From Macrostomum lignano (lineage: Eukaryota), in assembly GCA_002269645.1 (NCBI GenBank), contig NIVC01002654.1:1-57370 (forward strand): a stretch of DNA of 57,370 nucleotides, read 5' to 3'. Shown one piece after another: positions 21,848-33,200 of the stretch (position 1 is its first letter; each line of letters starts with the position of its first letter). The position numbers and the translations under genes are program-made. The notes under the pieces are model-generated. The model saw nothing but the letters and a program-made list of their open reading frames with translations. It was not told the DNA's origin and searched no databases.

Positions 21848-23359
21848 TCACACAGTCTCTTCATAATAATCATTCATAGCCTCTTCGGGAATCGCGTCCT
21901 CCATTGTCGAATTTTGATGCGACAGCGTCAGCTTGCGATGGGGCGATGCGAGCGCGTGCAAATCCAAGTTGCTGCTGGCCACCACCTGGCTGCCGTCGAC
22001 GAGCACCAAACTGGCGTTGAGATTGTGCGCACTCTTGATCATGTCCTCCACCTTCTGCTGGTTGTCTTCCTCCTTCTGCCGGAAGCGTGGTAGCAGCAGG
22101 ATGCTAAAGATGACGGATCCGACGATGAATAGGCAGCCGCCGAATGAGAAGGGCAAGCTGTACTTTGTCCGCTCGTTGTACAGAGAGGCCGTGATGGGCG
22201 ACCCGATGCAGACGCTAATTCCTCGGGCCAGAGTGACGAGGCCAAATGCGTTGGTGAGATTGTCTAAGCCAACCAGTTTGCAGAGAACCTCGGAGGTCAG
22301 GGTGACGACAGGGGCGAGGCAAATGCCGAGGATTGTGTACACTGTCAGAAGCGACCAGAAGCCGGTACAGAAGTTCAGCAAGATGCAAAACACGCCGCTC
22401 AGAAGCAGCGATAAATTGTTGAGCAGCAGGGCGGAAACCCGCGGGTTGCTGGCCAGGCCCCCGATGGCGATCCTGCAGACGGTGTTGGCGGCGCCGAATG
22501 CGGAGTTTAGATAGCGAGCCTGCTCCTCCGACACGTCAATTTCCCGAGCAAACGAACTCACAAAGAACAGCGGAACGTAGAAGGCCAGCATAACGATGAG
22601 GTTTGCTATCCAGATTATCACAAAGCCAAGGTCCTTCATTAGGCCTAGATCCACCATCATAAGAAAGGCGTCAACGATCGGTTTGGGCAGGCAACGCAGA
22701 CACTTTGGCGGCGTTAGAAGATTGACTGGCGGTGACAGGTCGCCAGTTGGGGACTGCATTGGTGGCGCCTCTCCGGGGATGCGAGTCATGGACAGGAACA
22801 GCTGACTGGGCGCCAGCGACTGTTGCGATCTCCGAACTCGAGCGCTGGTCAGATTCATCACCGAGCCGCTGTAGAAGATGTCTCGACGGTAGAACGGCCT
22901 GCGCAGATCCGCCAGGTTTGCCGCGGTTACGCCGGCTCGAATCTGCGCAATGTCGAATTGTCTCGCCCTGGCTACCTTGGCCGCCTTGGACTTGCGCACC
23001 GCACGTCGACGAGCAAATAACCCTGGTAGTGACTTCAGTAGAGCGTCCGGATCGCTCAGATTGCCCATCGAGCTTACGTCGAAGCCACTGATTGTGCTGG
23101 AGAACATGCGCCGGTCGGAGTCGAGGCGCTTCTTCGGGAATGGGCGAGACAACTGGCGCTGAGCCAGAGGCGACTCCGGCAGTGCGGGCATGGCCTCCGG
23201 GATAGTCGCTAGCTGACCGCCGACGCCACCTGCGTTTCCTGGCTCCTCGCTGTCGAGTCGCGTCCTGCGCACATACTGCTCAGCCAGTTGGTCCATCGTG
23301 CCCTGGTCAGGAGGCTGAACCGCCTCAGCCGATGTCGCTGGGGCAGCCGTCCCGGTCGT
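21848..23359 (-). CDS. Monocarboxylate transporter, 3' part: a long cytoplasmic loop plus TM7-12 and C-terminus. It lies in a different frame from the 5' part.
   Basis: ORF 21848-23848 (-). Six hydrophobic helices (...FVIIWIANLIVMLAFYVPLFF...LLSGVFCILLNFCTGFWSLLTVYTILGICLAPVV...GLVTLARGISVCIGSPITASLY...FGGCLFIVGSVIFSILLL). The frame switch lies between about 23340 and 23440. A candidate 77-nt GT..AG mini-intron (23360-23436; weak donor ATT|gtttct) would restore the frame; otherwise it is a genuine frameshift. Confidence 0.7.
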   Translation of the reverse strand, partial: TTGTAAPATSAEAVQPPDQGTMDQLAEQYVRRTRLDSEEPGNAGGVGGQLATIPEAMPALPESPLAQRQLSRPFPKKRLDSDRRMFSSTISGFDVSSMGNLSDPDALLKSLPGLFARRRAVRKSKAAKVARARQFDIAQIRAGVTAANLADLRRPFYRRDIFYSGSVMNLTSARVRRSQQSLAPSQLFLSMTRIPGEAPPMQSPTGDLSPPVNLLTPPKCLRCLPKPIVDAFLMMVDLGLMKDLGFVIIWIANLIVMLAFYVPLFFVSSFAREIDVSEEQARYLNSAFGAANTVCRIAIGGLASNPRVSALLLNNLSLLLSGVFCILLNFCTGFWSLLTVYTILGICLAPVVTLTSEVLCKLVGLDNLTNAFGLVTLARGISVCIGSPITASLYNERTKYSLPFSFGGCLFIVGSVIFSILLLPRFRQKEEDNQQKVEDMIKSAHNLNASLVLVDGSQVVASSNLDLHALASPHRKLTLSHQNSTMEDAIPEEAMNDYYEETV

Positions 23360-23436
23360 CTGACTGATAGCTGGTGCAGGCGGATCCGGGACCCGGCGGC
23401 TGATGCAGGAACTGAGGCTGCCATGCCAACAGAAAC

Positions 23437-24360
23437 AATCGGCGGCTCGTTCGGTCGAAGTAAGGCGCCCAGGACGGCGCCATTTAGCGCGATGCCGGAC
23501 AAGATCATCAGCGTGTTCTGCCAGCCCATGGACTCCAGCAGCGCATTGGTGACGGGCCCCATTACGATGGTGCCAATGCCCGTGCCGCAGACGGCGAGGC
23601 CCATGGCCAGGGATCGGTATCGCTCGAAGTAGAAGCTGACGCAGACCACGCACGGCAGGTAGAGAAGGCCGTTGCCAAAGCCGCTGATGATGCCGTAGGT
23701 GACTGTCAGCATCCACAGCTTCGTTGCGAAGCTGCTCAGGAAGAATCCTGCGCTGGCGACCACGGCACCGGCCATGCAGACCGGCCGACAGCCGAACTTG
23801 TTGACCAGCGCGCCGACTATAGGCCCGGTGAGCATGCCCACTCCGCATAGAAGTGAACCGATCAGCATCACGGATGCTTTGTCCGCTTGGAAATAGTCGC
23901 AGAAGTCCACCAGCATCAGACCGAACGAATTGGCGATGCCATCGACAATGAAGCTGACCATCATGCTGGCGAAAGTGACAACCCAGGCGTAGCCGCGGTC
24001 CAGCGGCAGTGGCAGCACATCCTCGGCAACAACGGGCACCATTTCAATCTCGTCGTCGTTGTCGCTTCCAACCTCCTTGCTGCTGGCATCTTCCTCCAAG
24101 CCCCCGGAGTTGCTGTTCACCGACTGACGGGTTGGCGATTGTGGCGGCGACCGCGACATCCGGAAGGAATAGCGCTTTGCTCTCGCCGTCGGTGATGTCG
24201 GTGATTTCGGCGAAGTAGGTGATGTTGGCGTTTGCGGCGATGTAGGAGAAGTCGGAGAAGAAGCCATCACGAGCTTCGTTGACTCAGTGTGACCTTCGCC
24301 TCCGTCATCGTTTGACGATTGCGCGGTGGCGATTTTTTCCCCGTTGCTGTTGTCAGACAT
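23437..24360 (-). CDS. Monocarboxylate transporter (SLC16/MCT family, MFS), 5' part: a Ser/Pro-rich N-terminal extension plus TM1-6.
   Basis: ORF 23209-24420 (-). The track start at 24420 is a TTG; the first ATG is at 24360. DRGYAWVVTFASMMVSFIVDGIANSFG...LIGSLLCGVGMLTGPIVGALVNKFGCRPV...GLLYLPCVVCVSFYFERYRSLAMGLAVCGTGIGTIV matches MCT1 DGGWGW...VNKYGSR... collinearly. Confidence 0.8.
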
Positions 24361-25789
24361 GCTGCTGAGCACCTTGTGCTTCTCGTCGATAAGAATTGGG
24401 CCGAAGTCGGATGAAAGCAAACAGTACGCAGATGGAGATTAAGATTTTTCAGTCCTTAACTGACCGAACCTATTTTGAGTTGAGATTTCTCATGTGCTTA
24501 TAAAGCAGAGCAGGCCATGTGCCTTAGGTAACTGGGCAGCAGCAGGGTCGTCCTGAGGTCACGGGTACTTAGTAAACCCTCTAATTTTATTCGGCTTCTT
24601 GTGCACGTCTAATACCTTGTTTTGAGCTTCAACCTTTTACTTTGAACAGTTTGTACTCGGCTGTCGGGCCTCAGCTTGTGTCCTAAGGTTTTTTTTCAAT
24701 CAAAAAGCCACAAATATATACATGGATTTTATGCATGCACCGCGCTCCCTGTGCACAGCGATGAATTTGGACGCAAGCAGAGGTGGCGTACTTTCTTGTC
24801 TGCACACACCGACTGCTGTTTACAGGCTTTGCGGGGAGTTGCTGGATGGGTTAGACCTAGCTCCGACAGTCGGCTCTGGATTGGACCGGGTGCCGGTCTC
24901 GTCATGTGCTTTAGAGCCGATCCTCCTCCTCATCCTCCAGCTGTGTATTCTCTCACCCTAGCGACTTTCCTTCACCTACTGGCCAGCAGTAGCCCCAGCC
25001 AGCTCTCTGTGTGTGGCCTCTTGGCCGAGCCGTACTCGGTGAGGCGCCTGTACGCAAATCGCAAGACAGCTTCAGAGTCTATAGTCGCATGCAGTTGCAG
25101 GCACACATCTTGTAGAGAGGAGTCTGAGGACGCCACCCACACTGCACTGCGAGATAGACAGGATAGAGGGATAGACAGATAGATGCAGTTCTGTCTGTGC
25201 GTTCGTTGACCAAAATAAGCCACCCGCGCCGTACTTGAGCCGCCGTGAATCCAGTTCGGCTTAGTCAGAAAGTAGCCTATAGCCCGATACTAATCAGACA
25301 GTGGTGGAGCGAGCGCGTCATAGAAATGTCATAATAAATTTAATTATTAACTCCTTTCTTTGGGAGTTAAATCGCTAGCATAACGTTTTATACTGTTGCA
25401 ATTTAGCTTCCTGGCAACTTTTTTAGGCATGCGTACATGTTGTTTATTGTACAGCTCATGTAAAGTAGCGGAGTGTACAGCAACATTCTTCCAACCCCCC
25501 CCCCCACTCTACCACATCTGCCCACATTCATTGGGGGCAGATTTCCCTACTAAAGAGATATATAGAGGAGGAAAGGCAAGAAGAGAATTATAGATTTTAT
25601 TGTTAAATTTAAGAGGCAAAATATATTGTATAAAAGGCTTTCGTATTACACAGTAATTGCGTGAAATTCAAAAGGATTCAAGTAAAGTTATAGTACTATC
25701 TAGTAGCTACATGCACATGCATTAGGCATTGACAGACTGCATCAGATGTCTGCGCGCTCTCGATCCAATGCGATCTCTCCACTACATCT

Positions 25790-26060
25790 CAGCAGCTCGC
25801 AGCTCCCCATGACATCTCAGCAGCTCCCCATGACATCTCAGCAGCTCCCCATGACATCTCAGCAGCTCCCGATGACATCTCAGCAGCTTCCCATGACATC
25901 TCAGCAGCTCCCCATGACATCTCAGCAGCTCCCCATGACATCTCAGCAGCTTCCCATGACATCTCAGCAGCTCCCCATGACATCTCAGCAGCTTCCCATG
26001 ACATCTCAGCAGCTCCCCATGACATCTCAGCAGCTTCCCATGACATCTCAGCAGCTTCCC
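25790..26060. repeat. Minisatellite, 21-bp unit (catgacatctcagcagctccc), about 13 copies.
   Basis: Direct inspection. ORFs 25746-26108 are artefacts. Confidence 0.85.
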
Positions 26061-26759
26061 ATGGAGGGCCAAGTAAATTGGGCAGGGGCGCCGGGGCAGT
26101 TAAAATAGGGCGGGGGTGGCGGACTTCGCGACCAAGAGATCCGGTATTGATAAGGCGTTGAGGGCGGAATCTCAGCAGATCAAGTTTGTTATTTAAAGCA
26201 CTGACAATTCAAGACGTATTAAACTTATTTGCTCACGTGTGGAACAATGGCTCTAAATATAGCTATGAGCCAAGACCGCTGTCTCACTTTAAACACCTGA
26301 CGGCAGGAGAAACTAATTAATTCACAGTATAACAACGAAAGACCACAGAAGTACATAAGTATTTAACTATACTTGTACATGCTTCATACGCATATGTACA
26401 TGTATAAAGTGCGAATTATTTTGCGACAAGTCAAAGAATATCGATTTCTTTGTTTTTGAGGTCCAAAGCTGAGATATGCGCAACTCGAAATTTTATACGG
26501 TATACAAGCTGTTGAAACCCGCAGATTTTGAACCCGCTGCATTAGACTGCTCGTATTTTTGCAAAAATTCCTAGATTTGAAGTCATACTCAAACAAAAAC
26601 TTGTTAATAGTTAGGATAACTATTAGCAACCTCATGCCCTCTTCTATTGGCATGAGGTTTGAAAAATTGAGTCAAGTCGTGTTAAATTTAGATTTGAGGC
26701 AAGCATTGATCACGTCGGCTGGGTTGCCGCGCAGAATGAGTCTGTCTGACTCTAAAGCA

Positions 26760-28090
26760 TGTGCTGGCGAACTCTGGCCTCTGCCTCTCTCTCCGTCCCT
26801 TGGGTTCTATGAAACTTCTCTCCTCTCTCCTCTCGCGTTTCTTTTCTCATCTCATCTATCATCTCGTTTTCTCTCTTCTCTCTCCTCTCTTTTCTCTCCT
26901 CTCTTCTCTTTTATCTACTCTCTTCTGTCTCCCCTCCCTCTTCTCTTCCCTTTTCTCATCTTCTCTCTCATCTCCTCTTCTTTTTTCTCTCCCCACTCTT
27001 CTCTCCTCTGTTCCTACTCCTCTCTCCTCTCTCGTATCCCCCCTCTCATCTCTACAATCAATTTTTCTCTCTCTTCTCTCTTTTCTCCTCTATTTTCTAT
27101 CCTCTCTCTAGTATCGATCATCTCTGCTCTCTCTCCTCTTCTCTCCTCTCTTCTCTTCTCTTCTCTTCCTCTCCCCTATGTCTCTTGTCTCTACTCTCTC
27201 CTCTCTTTCCCCTCTCCCCTCTCTCTCCTCTGCTCTCGCTTCTCTCTCCTCTCCTCTCCTCTCTCTCCTCACTCCCGTCTTCTCTCCTTCTATCTTATAT
27301 CCTTTCTCTCATCCTCTCTCTCGCCTCTTCTCTGTTTTCTAATCGTTGTCCTTTCCACTCTCATCTGGCCCGCAGCCATTAGTTGGATTATTTACCTGGC
27401 CCTTCCAAAGCCAGTTTGTGGGACGTAGTACTCTCATGGTGTTTCATTCCGTCGGCCGTTTGCTGACTGCTTTGCTCTCATATCTCCTCTTTTTTCTGCT
27501 TCGTCCTCTCTTCCCTCCCCTCTCGTCTCTCCCCTCTTCTCTCTCCTCTCTGCTCTATGCTCTCTCATTTCTACTCTCTTCCCTTCTCTTCTCTGTTGGT
27601 CCTCTTCTCTACCTTCCTCTCTCTCCCTTCTCCCCTCTCCTCTCGCTTCTCCCCTCCCCTCCTCTTTCCTTCTCCAGTCTCCCCTCTTCTCTCTCTCCCC
27701 TCTCTTCTTCTCTCGCTTCTTTTTCCCCTCTTATCTCTCTCTTCTCGATCTCTAATCTTCCCTCCTCTTTCCTTCTCCTCGCTTCTCTCTTACCTCACTC
27801 CCCCTCTCCTCTTCTCTCTACTCTCTCTCCCCCCTTTTCCCCTCTTCTGTCTCCCTCCTCTCTCCCCTCCTCTTTCCTTCTCCTCGCTCCTCTCTTCTCT
27901 CCTTTACTCTGCAATCTCTTCTCTCATCCTATCTCTCGCCTCTTCTCTCTTCTCTAATCTTCTATTCCTTCTCCTTTCCACTCTCATCTGGCCATGAGGT
28001 AAAGTCTGCCGCTTTGAAGGTCAGCTTGTGGGACACAGTTCTCTCATGGACTGCAGTCATGCTTGTTTCTTTCCGTCGGCCGTTTGCTGA
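26760..28090. repeat. Two tandem about 630-bp blocks. Each is a CT-rich low-complexity stretch (about 500 bp) plus a conserved about 110-bp unique tail (ctctcatctggcc...gtgggac...ctctcatgg...ccgtcggccgtttgctgac).
   Basis: 27360-27470 and 27990-28090 align at about 75%. A related CT-rich copy with a ctctctggcccgtagtcatg tail sits at 56560-56725. ORFs 26559-27997 are low-complexity artefacts. Confidence 0.6.
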
Positions 28091-28727
28091 CTTCATCGAT
28101 CACGTCATCTTTTTGGCCAATGTGCAGCCCTGGGAGGGGTTTGTGTATCCCCACCAAAGAACTACGCATTAATTTGGAGGCATTTAAATTTAAAAGTGCC
28201 TTTAATAAGTAAAACTTAAAATGTTAAAATTTCCATGGTGTGATTAATTTTATAGGATTAATTGTATTGCATAGCATCGCTTTCTCATAAATCTTTCGCT
28301 TTTCAGAAGATTTACAAACCATACCATGCCGCATTGCCTTGATTTGCCAGCTACTGCTAAACTGCTGCAGGGTTGCCTATACAGAGGGCAGTGGTTAGAA
28401 TTCCTCACTAAACTGTCATGGCTAAGTTAGCCTCTCCACGAAGGTGCAGAGAAGGCTATAAATATAGGTATTCCAAACCTATTCGGAAAACTATTCCAAA
28501 TTATTTGCTATGTACACTGGAGCTCTATCGCCTGACCCTTGGTCTGGGAAATGAGTTGGCTGAGCGGCACAAACACCAGAAAAACTGCTATACTGCCCGG
28601 CACTGCTACTCACTGTCTGTGCTCTTTCGATGAGTAAATTCAAGGCATTTCTAAACTCGATTTTTGAACTGTCTATCCAACGGGACACAGAAAGCAAAGA
28701 AAAAACACATAACAAACACAGAACCAC

Positions 28728-28918
28728 GTGCGTGACGATTGACGGTCGAAGCAATTGAGCCTCCCACCATTGGTTAGGAGATGCGTTTGTGTGCGTACAG
28801 GAAAATTCTGCATTATAGTCGGCATTTTTGTTTCCATCGATAGCTCGACTGCAAACTGCCGACATATACACTGAGCGCTGGCTGCAGTTGGGGATGGAAA
28901 GCTGCCGTACTGTCCAGT
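28728..28918 (-). CDS. Second exon: N-terminal half of an F-type lectin (fucolectin/FTP) domain (NCSQRSVYMSAVCSRAIDGNKNADYNAEFSCTHTNASPNQWWEAQLLRPSIVTHV).
   Basis: ORF 28491-28958 (-). Acceptor tcacttatttcag|AC matches the phase-1 end of the previous exon. The A.QSS...S.A..AIDGN......SC.HT....NPWW.VDL pattern is diagnostic of F-type lectins. The 3' boundary (donor CAC|gtggtt) is weak, and the remaining domain exons were not found. Confidence 0.45.
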
Positions 28919-29937
28919 CTGAAATAAGTGATATTCCGGGATAGTTAAAAATCGTCATGACCTGAAAATCTACTAGCTACTACTTCCAGCAGCATATAAT
29001 CTACCAGAAATGGGCAAAAATATTCATGAGCATTTTTCTGCCCCGAAATGCCTCATCGTGTTGCCATCATGACACACTCCATATCTGACCCTGGCTGAGG
29101 TTGGGCGATGCTATGGGGGAACGGTACCGCATTGTAGGGTAGCTGTGCACGACGAGGTTAATAAAGCTAAACCTGGTCATCCATCGGCCTTGCTATTAAT
29201 TTATCTTAATTAATTCTTATTTCTGTTTCGCATTGAAATGAAGTTGATAGAACTCATTCTATTGAAGCAGATGCAAAAATAGCCCAGTAAAGCTTGTACA
29301 TAATTAATAAAGATAACTTTGAGCTCTCTCAGAGACGGATGGATTAATAAATGCATATTCCAGCCAATTAATTGCAGCCAGGGGAGCCAATGAGAACAGA
29401 AGCGCTAAATGTTTTTTGCGAGGGGGCGCCATCATGTTGGCCATGCAGTCTATTGGCAGCCACGGTCCCCCTATACCCCTAGCTGGCTATGATGCAGACA
29501 AGATAGAGATAGATCAGTTTTTCTATGTCAGATTGTCGTTGGAGCGTTACCAAAGGGAGACAGAGGGACATACGCACATGCATGTACATATACCATCCTA
29601 TTCGTGCTGCATCTGAAGCTAAAACGCTCGTAAAATTGATTTCCTTTACCGAGGAAAAATAGCTACACTGTAACACAGAGACAGATCTTAAAGCTCAGAC
29701 CCCCTTGCTGAAAAGACACTAATAGCTATACAAGTACTTTTATGCACAATAGGAGTTATGAAAATTGAGCCCCTTGCTTGCCCATTTTAATTTCCTTTTA
29801 AGGACCATCCTAAAGTTTCCTTTTTAGGGACAACCTTTGATGATTATTATACGATGCAATGTACCATATGCGACCGATCCAAGTACCTCTGGCAACCATA
29901 CAGGTTTTAAGAGGCACAAGCTTAGATTGATACTTAC

Positions 29938-30247
29938 CGACATCAATCACAAAGATTTCAAATTGCTGCTCCGACGCGGCGGCTGTCCAGGAGCTCTTCC
30001 AGTAGAAGGCGGTCGCGTTGAACAGTCCACAGGTTTCCGTCTTGTCCTGCACCGAGTAGAATCCGAAGCACTCGGCTATTTCTGAGCACAGCTGAGAACA
30101 GTGACGCTGGTTGAAGCTTTGCGCTACTTCAAACGCGACTGGGTGAGTTCCATTGATTGCGGCACTGAGCTGCAGCTCGAGTCTGGCCGCGCTGCTCACC
30201 AGAGCAGAAGACAGCAGTGTCGATAGGAAGTTAAGAAACCAGTTCAT
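29938..30247 (-). CDS. First coding exon of a secreted lectin-like gene: signal peptide (MNWFLNFLSTLLSSALVSSAA) plus a PAN/apple-like Cys module (CSQLCSEIAECFGFYSVQDKTETCGLF).
   Basis: ORF 29810-30247 (-) has a true ATG preceded by stops. Donor GTCG|gtaagt at 29937. The phase joins the next exon. Confidence 0.55.
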
Positions 30248-33200
30248 TACTAGGTTACAAATAGAAGTTTGAGGCTGAGCCTTATATTGACTTGCGGATG
30301 ACAGCGAATTATTCTGTTTTCCAGTTTATTGCATGCAGACATGTATATTAGACAACAGTTTTGGAATATTCGCAAGTCTCTTTTCGTTACCATGGAAACG
30401 GAGGACTTCCTTCCCACTGCTATTTTATTGGTCCACGCGCGGTGACCAACCAAGTGTATTTTTCTCTGACTTGCTGAGCCTTTCTTCCCGTTCCGTACTG
30501 CACATGCGTCACGGAGTTGTACTGACATTGTACATGTGTTGTGAAACTGGCGCTTATGGCTACATGTACGGTAGGTTTCAGATACAATTAAACTCAGCAG
30601 ATTCGCACGCTTCAGCTCGTCTGTCTTGATGCCTGGAGCAATCAATGCTTTCTTGAACCTTCGAAATAAGGCTCCCACTATTCTGGGTGTGCCATGCATG
30701 GTTGAAGGCTTCGATAGTTTTAGACATCCTCGTCGCCAATGTTGAGTCTGAGGGATCTGATGTTTTATTTGATGGCAAGATGCCCAAAACAATAATTATG
30801 ACTACGCTTGAAGTGTTTGGTGCCATGCAGACTTCAGGCTCGGCAATGACAAAGTAAAGCTTACTTGTACCCGCGAGAAGCATGCAGACACCAATAAGGT
30901 ATAGGTATACGCAGGCGCGTAGCCACCCGGGGGGACAGGGGCACATGTCCCCCCCCATTAAAAGTTGTAGGGGCCCCTATCCCAGCTTGTGACCCGTTGT
31001 GGTAATCAATCATTATTCGTCAGGGCGCCAAAATATAGCGCCTGCGGCGCCAAAATGAGTGCCTGCGGCGCCAAAATAAGTGCCTGCATTTTGAGTGCAA
31101 AGTTTACGTTGAGTAAAAAAACCTTTCTGTGAGCTGCACTGATTGCCATTTGGAGTAGACAATTATTGATCTAAGTGCTTCGTAAATTTTTACCGTTTCG
31201 ACAAAAGTTAAACCTTTTTTTAGAAAAGTGTTAGATTTTGTTTGATTTGTCCAGTTCTCTTTCAGAAAGGATTTTAACATGTTGTTAATTCGTTACTATT
31301 ATTGCCCCAATAATCTTCATTGTTCCCGCGATATCTTTTCCATACTTTCTATCTCACAGCATTTTCTTCACTTTTAAAACGTCGGATGAATGAAACGTGT
31401 AACTGTGATATTTCCCATCCTTTCAATTATGCTGCACTGTGCTTTGGCAATTGCCGTTTCGAGTAGATATAGCGAACTATAAGTAATGTACAGATGTACA
31501 TTGTACATGCAAGTAATAAAATGATGAGAAAATAAACTTCAAACATGTGCAGGTGGGTCTGCAGTTTAATCGTCTGTGGTGTTAGTCTGTTAACTAAGCT
31601 GGAAACAAGCGACAACAAAGTATGCGACCTTCAGAAGTAAAGTCAGGGTGTCAGATAGTAGCGTGTCGTCGCCCTTTCCCCATTAGCAAATTTTTAGAAT
31701 TATAGAGCAACACATCATGCTAAAATCTTTAAAACGCATGTACTAGAAAAATATGGTGGTCACCCTCAGGGCCTCAGAGGAATAGGAGGGTACGGTTCAC
31801 CCCCGGCCCAAGGGGGTGGGAGGGTGGTCAACAGGAGGCTATAGCCCCCCTCCTGCTCCTGCCTCCATTGCCACTGGGAGCTGGCCTGTTTTAGAAAAAA
31901 ATGTGGTACCGTTGGTTCAAACGTAAAAAGTTAGTTTTTTAAAGATTTAAAGAAAGCTACAATTTTTGTAGCTTTTATAATTATTACATTCCATCCCGTA
32001 AGCAACGAAATAACTCTTTCTAAGAAAAAGATAAAACTTTCAAAACATTCACAGAGGTTTTCGTATTCTAATTTCGTAATGTGATGATCAAGGCAAGTGG
32101 ACTTACTACTACTTTTCACTTCACTTCGGCAGTTATTAATATAATCCGGTAGTATTCAATCAAATAAACACACAACTTCCTAATTAATAAGCCTACCTAT
32201 TTGGATAGTTTGTAATTGTATAATTAAATTAGCTTTGCCTTTGGCTTGGCAGCACAACCTTACATTGGTGTTTGTTGGTGCTAGTGCTATAATGATATAG
32301 GCCCCCTGGCCTAGGCCTAGTCATTTTTTCTACAATCTACATGTATGTAATAATGTATAAGCATTCTAATAGATATACTTTATATAATATAGACTTAAAA
32401 TGATTGTCTAGTAGACCTAACTAGGGCCTATGGCACCTGGTAAAATTTAGAATCCGTAGCGGAATTGGAGTGGAATAGCTCAGTAAAGTGCTGAATCTGC
32501 AGTGGAATGGTAAAATGCAGAATGAGCAACAGAATCCAGTAACTTTAACTAAAATGCAAATGCAAAGTAGTTGAAGTGCATTATGATATATTAGGCCTAT
32601 ATAATCTTATAACAATAAAGCTTTCAAAATTTTACCGAACTTACAAACTACTAGAGAGAGAATTATGATAATAATTTTCAACACTCATCAGCCATATTAT
32701 TCATGAGAGAACCTATATTACTACTTTGTGTAAAGTCCAATACTCAATAGATGCTGCTATATCTAGTTCAGTTTGCCTCAATATAGAATCATATTAAAAT
32801 TTCTTTATATAGGTCCCCTATTTTTTTATACAGTTACATTGCTATAGGCAAAGATATATATTTAATATTTCATTTTTTGATTCTTATATTTTGCATTTTA
32901 CTTCAAGTTAGTAGGCCTAGATTTTGCATTATCATTCCACTGCAAATTCTGCATTTAACTTGTAACAGGCCTTTTGGCTCCCTATGAGAATCCCACTAAA
33001 TGCCACCAAAAGCTGTCCCAGGGCTCTTATTTATTCCTTTGTTTAGCCTTAGGCCTACTTGCTGCCACCAAGCTGTTGGGGTTATTCCTTCATGTTAATA
33101 TTGCTGGTTATTACTTGCCTTTTACTTGTAGCGCATGTACTTCTATTGGTAGCGTCTGTACTTCTATTGGTAGCGTATGTACTTTTATTGTACTTTCTGG

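Noticed and set aside
24676-25182. 168-aa plus ORF upstream of the MCT gene.
   Set aside because: No domain signature and no splice context. It lies in the presumed promoter/5' flank of the minus-strand MCT gene.
26559-27997. Plus ORFs of 289, 116, 203 and 146 aa (Ser/Leu/Pro-rich).
   Set aside because: Translations of CT-rich low-complexity DNA.
30250-30958. Minus ORFs of 180 and 126 aa.
   Set aside because: No recognisable motifs and composition typical of non-coding sequence. They lie immediately upstream of the lectin-like gene start.
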